From a virus (taxonomy: Duplodnaviria > Heunggongvirae > Uroviricota > Caudoviricetes), in the IMG/VR virus record IMGVR_UViG_3300028832_000119, positions 72,924 through 89,426 of that record: DNA of 16,503 nucleotides; one strand, 5' to 3'. Below, one piece after another: positions 14,797 to 16,503 of this stretch. How positions within the stretch are numbered: position 1 is the stretch's first letter; each line of letters opens with the position of its first letter. A program made the position numbers and the translations under genes. The notes beneath the pieces were generated by a model. That model saw only the letters and a program-made list of their open reading frames with translations, was not told the origin of the DNA and did not search any database.

Positions 14797-16503
14797 ATGC
14801 AAGAAAAAATGTTTATTGTAAAAAGATCCGGAAAAAAAGAGCAGTTTAATCCTGTGAAAATTAAAAATGCAGTAAAAGCTGCTTTTAATTCGGTTGGTTA
14901 TTCTGTAGATGACGATGTATATGATGAAATAGTTAATTCAGTTAAAGTATGGGATGAAATGACTATTGAAGACATTCAAGACCAAGTTGTAGAGACTTTA
15001 CGTAATCTTGAGTACCATGAAATAGCAGATTGTTACCAAACTTACAGATTAGAACATAAACAAGCACGATTTATCCGAGAAAGAATTGATTATATGGATA
15101 AATATGCTGATTCTTCTGATAATGCTTCAACCTCTTCTGAAACAGATTCCAATGCTAATGTTACTATGAAAAATGTAGCAAATTTGGAAGGTGAAGTATA
15201 TAAGGTAACTAATAGAAGAATCCAACGACAAAGAATGAAAGATAAACTCAATGAATTATTCCCTGAGGATGATGATTTGGGTAAACAATATATAAGTGAC
15301 TTGGAGAATTGGATTATTTATACTCATGATGAAGCATCCTCTCCAGTTCTTAAACCCTATTGTATGGCAGCAACTCTTTATCCAGTAATGGCAGAAGGTG
15401 TAGGTGTAATTGATGGAGTAACTCCTAGTGCTCCAAATGACATACAATCATTTAGTGGACAAGTAACTAATCTTACTTTCCTTTTATCAGCTTCAGCAAA
15501 GGGTGCTGTTGCTCTAGGAGACTATTTTATAGCTCTTAATTATTATATAATAGCAGAATATGGTCCTCATTGGTATGAGAAATTAGATGTAAATACTACA
15601 TCAGACCATTGTCTTAAACCAATGACTATTAAGAGAGCTATTCGTAAAGGTATGAAACAATTTATCTATGGAGTAAATCAGCCTGCTGGTAATAGAAGTT
15701 TCAACTCTCCATTCTCAAATTGTTCATATTATGATAAAACTTATTTTGAATCTATCTTTGATGAATTCTATTATCCAGATGGTACTAAACCAGAATGGAG
15801 AGCAATAGATACTCTTCAAAGAATCTTTATGGAACTTCATAGAGAACTTAGACTTATTAAACCTTTAACATTCCCTGTTACTACATTTGCAATGGTACAT
15901 GACGGTACTGATGTAATTGATAAAGAATATAAGCAATTATGTGCAGAGGAATGGGCTAAAGGAGGAAGTTTCTTTTGCTATCTTTCTAATAATCCATCAG
16001 CATTGGCTAGTTGTTGTAGAGTACTTAATGAAATGTCTGAAAATACGTTTAGTAGTACTACTGGAATGACTGGAATTATGACTGGTTCTTGTAATGTAAT
16101 TACTCTTAATATTAATAGAATTGTTCAGGACTATTGTAAAAAAGATATTTTCTATTCTAGATATAAAGAGTCTGGAAATGTACTATATAATCAAGAGGGA
16201 TTAAAAGATTATCTTATTTCTATATTAGAAAGAGTTTATAAATATCATATAGCATATAAAACAATGCTTTATGATTTAGAAGAGAAAGGAATGTTTTCTC
16301 CTTCTAATGGAGGTTATATTTATATGAAGAAACTTTATTCTACTATTGGACTTATTGGTTATACTGAAGCGGCTCAATTCTTAGGATTAGAAGTTTCTAA
16401 TAATCAAAAATATATTGATTTCTTAAAATTAATATTTGGAACTGTTAAAGAACAGAATAAAGAACATTCTATTAGAGATAAGAAAAGACCTATTTTATTT
16501 AAT
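14797..16503 (+). CDS. nrdD: Anaerobic (class III) ribonucleoside-triphosphate reductase with N-terminal ATP-cone; 3' partial
   Basis: Open frame of 569 codons to the window end with no stop. ATP-cone FIVKRSGKKEQFNPVKIK, IYTHD, PYC, GVNQPAGNRSFNSPFSN, ASCCR, GSCNVITLN, STIGLIG motifs. Confidence 0.93.
   Translation, partial: MQEKMFIVKRSGKKEQFNPVKIKNAVKAAFNSVGYSVDDDVYDEIVNSVKVWDEMTIEDIQDQVVETLRNLEYHEIADCYQTYRLEHKQARFIRERIDYMDKYADSSDNASTSSETDSNANVTMKNVANLEGEVYKVTNRRIQRQRMKDKLNELFPEDDDLGKQYISDLENWIIYTHDEASSPVLKPYCMAATLYPVMAEGVGVIDGVTPSAPNDIQSFSGQVTNLTFLLSASAKGAVALGDYFIALNYYIIAEYGPHWYEKLDVNTTSDHCLKPMTIKRAIRKGMKQFIYGVNQPAGNRSFNSPFSNCSYYDKTYFESIFDEFYYPDGTKPEWRAIDTLQRIFMELHRELRLIKPLTFPVTTFAMVHDGTDVIDKEYKQLCAEEWAKGGSFFCYLSNNPSALASCCRVLNEMSENTFSSTTGMTGIMTGSCNVITLNINRIVQDYCKKDIFYSRYKESGNVLYNQEGLKDYLISILERVYKYHIAYKTMLYDLEEKGMFSPSNGGYIYMKKLYSTIGLIGYTEAAQFLGLEVSNNQKYIDFLKLIFGTVKEQNKEHSIRDKKRPILFN

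Larger units (their letters stand above)
1..16503 (+). other. Phage DNA replication/recombination/nucleotide-metabolism module, crAss-like Bacteroidota phage type
   Basis: All credible genes on + strand with ATGA/TAATG overlaps. Helicase, Sak4-like ATPase, SSB-like, primase, resolvase, RecE-like nuclease, DUF932-like and NrdD interspersed with short hypothetical ORFs. Starts are preceded by A/T-rich runs rather than Shine-Dalgarno sequences, as in Bacteroidota. Taxonomic call is from recalled gene families. Confidence 0.8.

Noticed and set aside
15256-15447. 63-aa plus-strand ORF
   Set aside because: Alternative frame inside the uninterrupted nrdD frame
14797-16503. Possible intron or intein in nrdD, and in helicase or primase
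   Set aside because: Frames are continuous with motifs in expected order and no splicing motifs or insertions were recognised in the visible portion
1-16503. tRNA (including amber suppressor), CRISPR array or transposase
   Set aside because: Intergenic gaps are short and none shows a cloverleaf, spaced repeats or transposase motifs; any suppressor tRNA must lie outside the window

Overview
AT-rich, densely packed, all plus-strand bacteriophage DNA-replication and nucleotide-metabolism module. Gene content and order resemble crAss-like (Crassvirales) or related Bacteroidota phages; that assignment is from gene families recalled, not a search. It encodes a putative replication initiator, DnaB-like helicase, Sak4-like AAA ATPase, two acidic-tailed proteins (one a likely SSB), an atypical TOPRIM primase, a Holliday-junction resolvase, a HAD nucleotidase, a RecE-like PD-(D/E)XK exonuclease, a metallophosphoesterase, a DUF932-like protein, an ADP-ribosylglycohydrolase and the 5' part of class III RNR nrdD (missing from the ORF track because it runs off the end). 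The main observation is that the resolvase gene (6327-6875) is intact only if two in-frame TAG codons are read as sense, most likely Gln: one at codon 3 and one at the Q of the catalytic QxK motif. No other gene in the window has an internal TAG. A 12-mer AGTAGATAGTTG plus a hairpin sits 59-60 nt upstream of the two genes with the most distinct codon bias.
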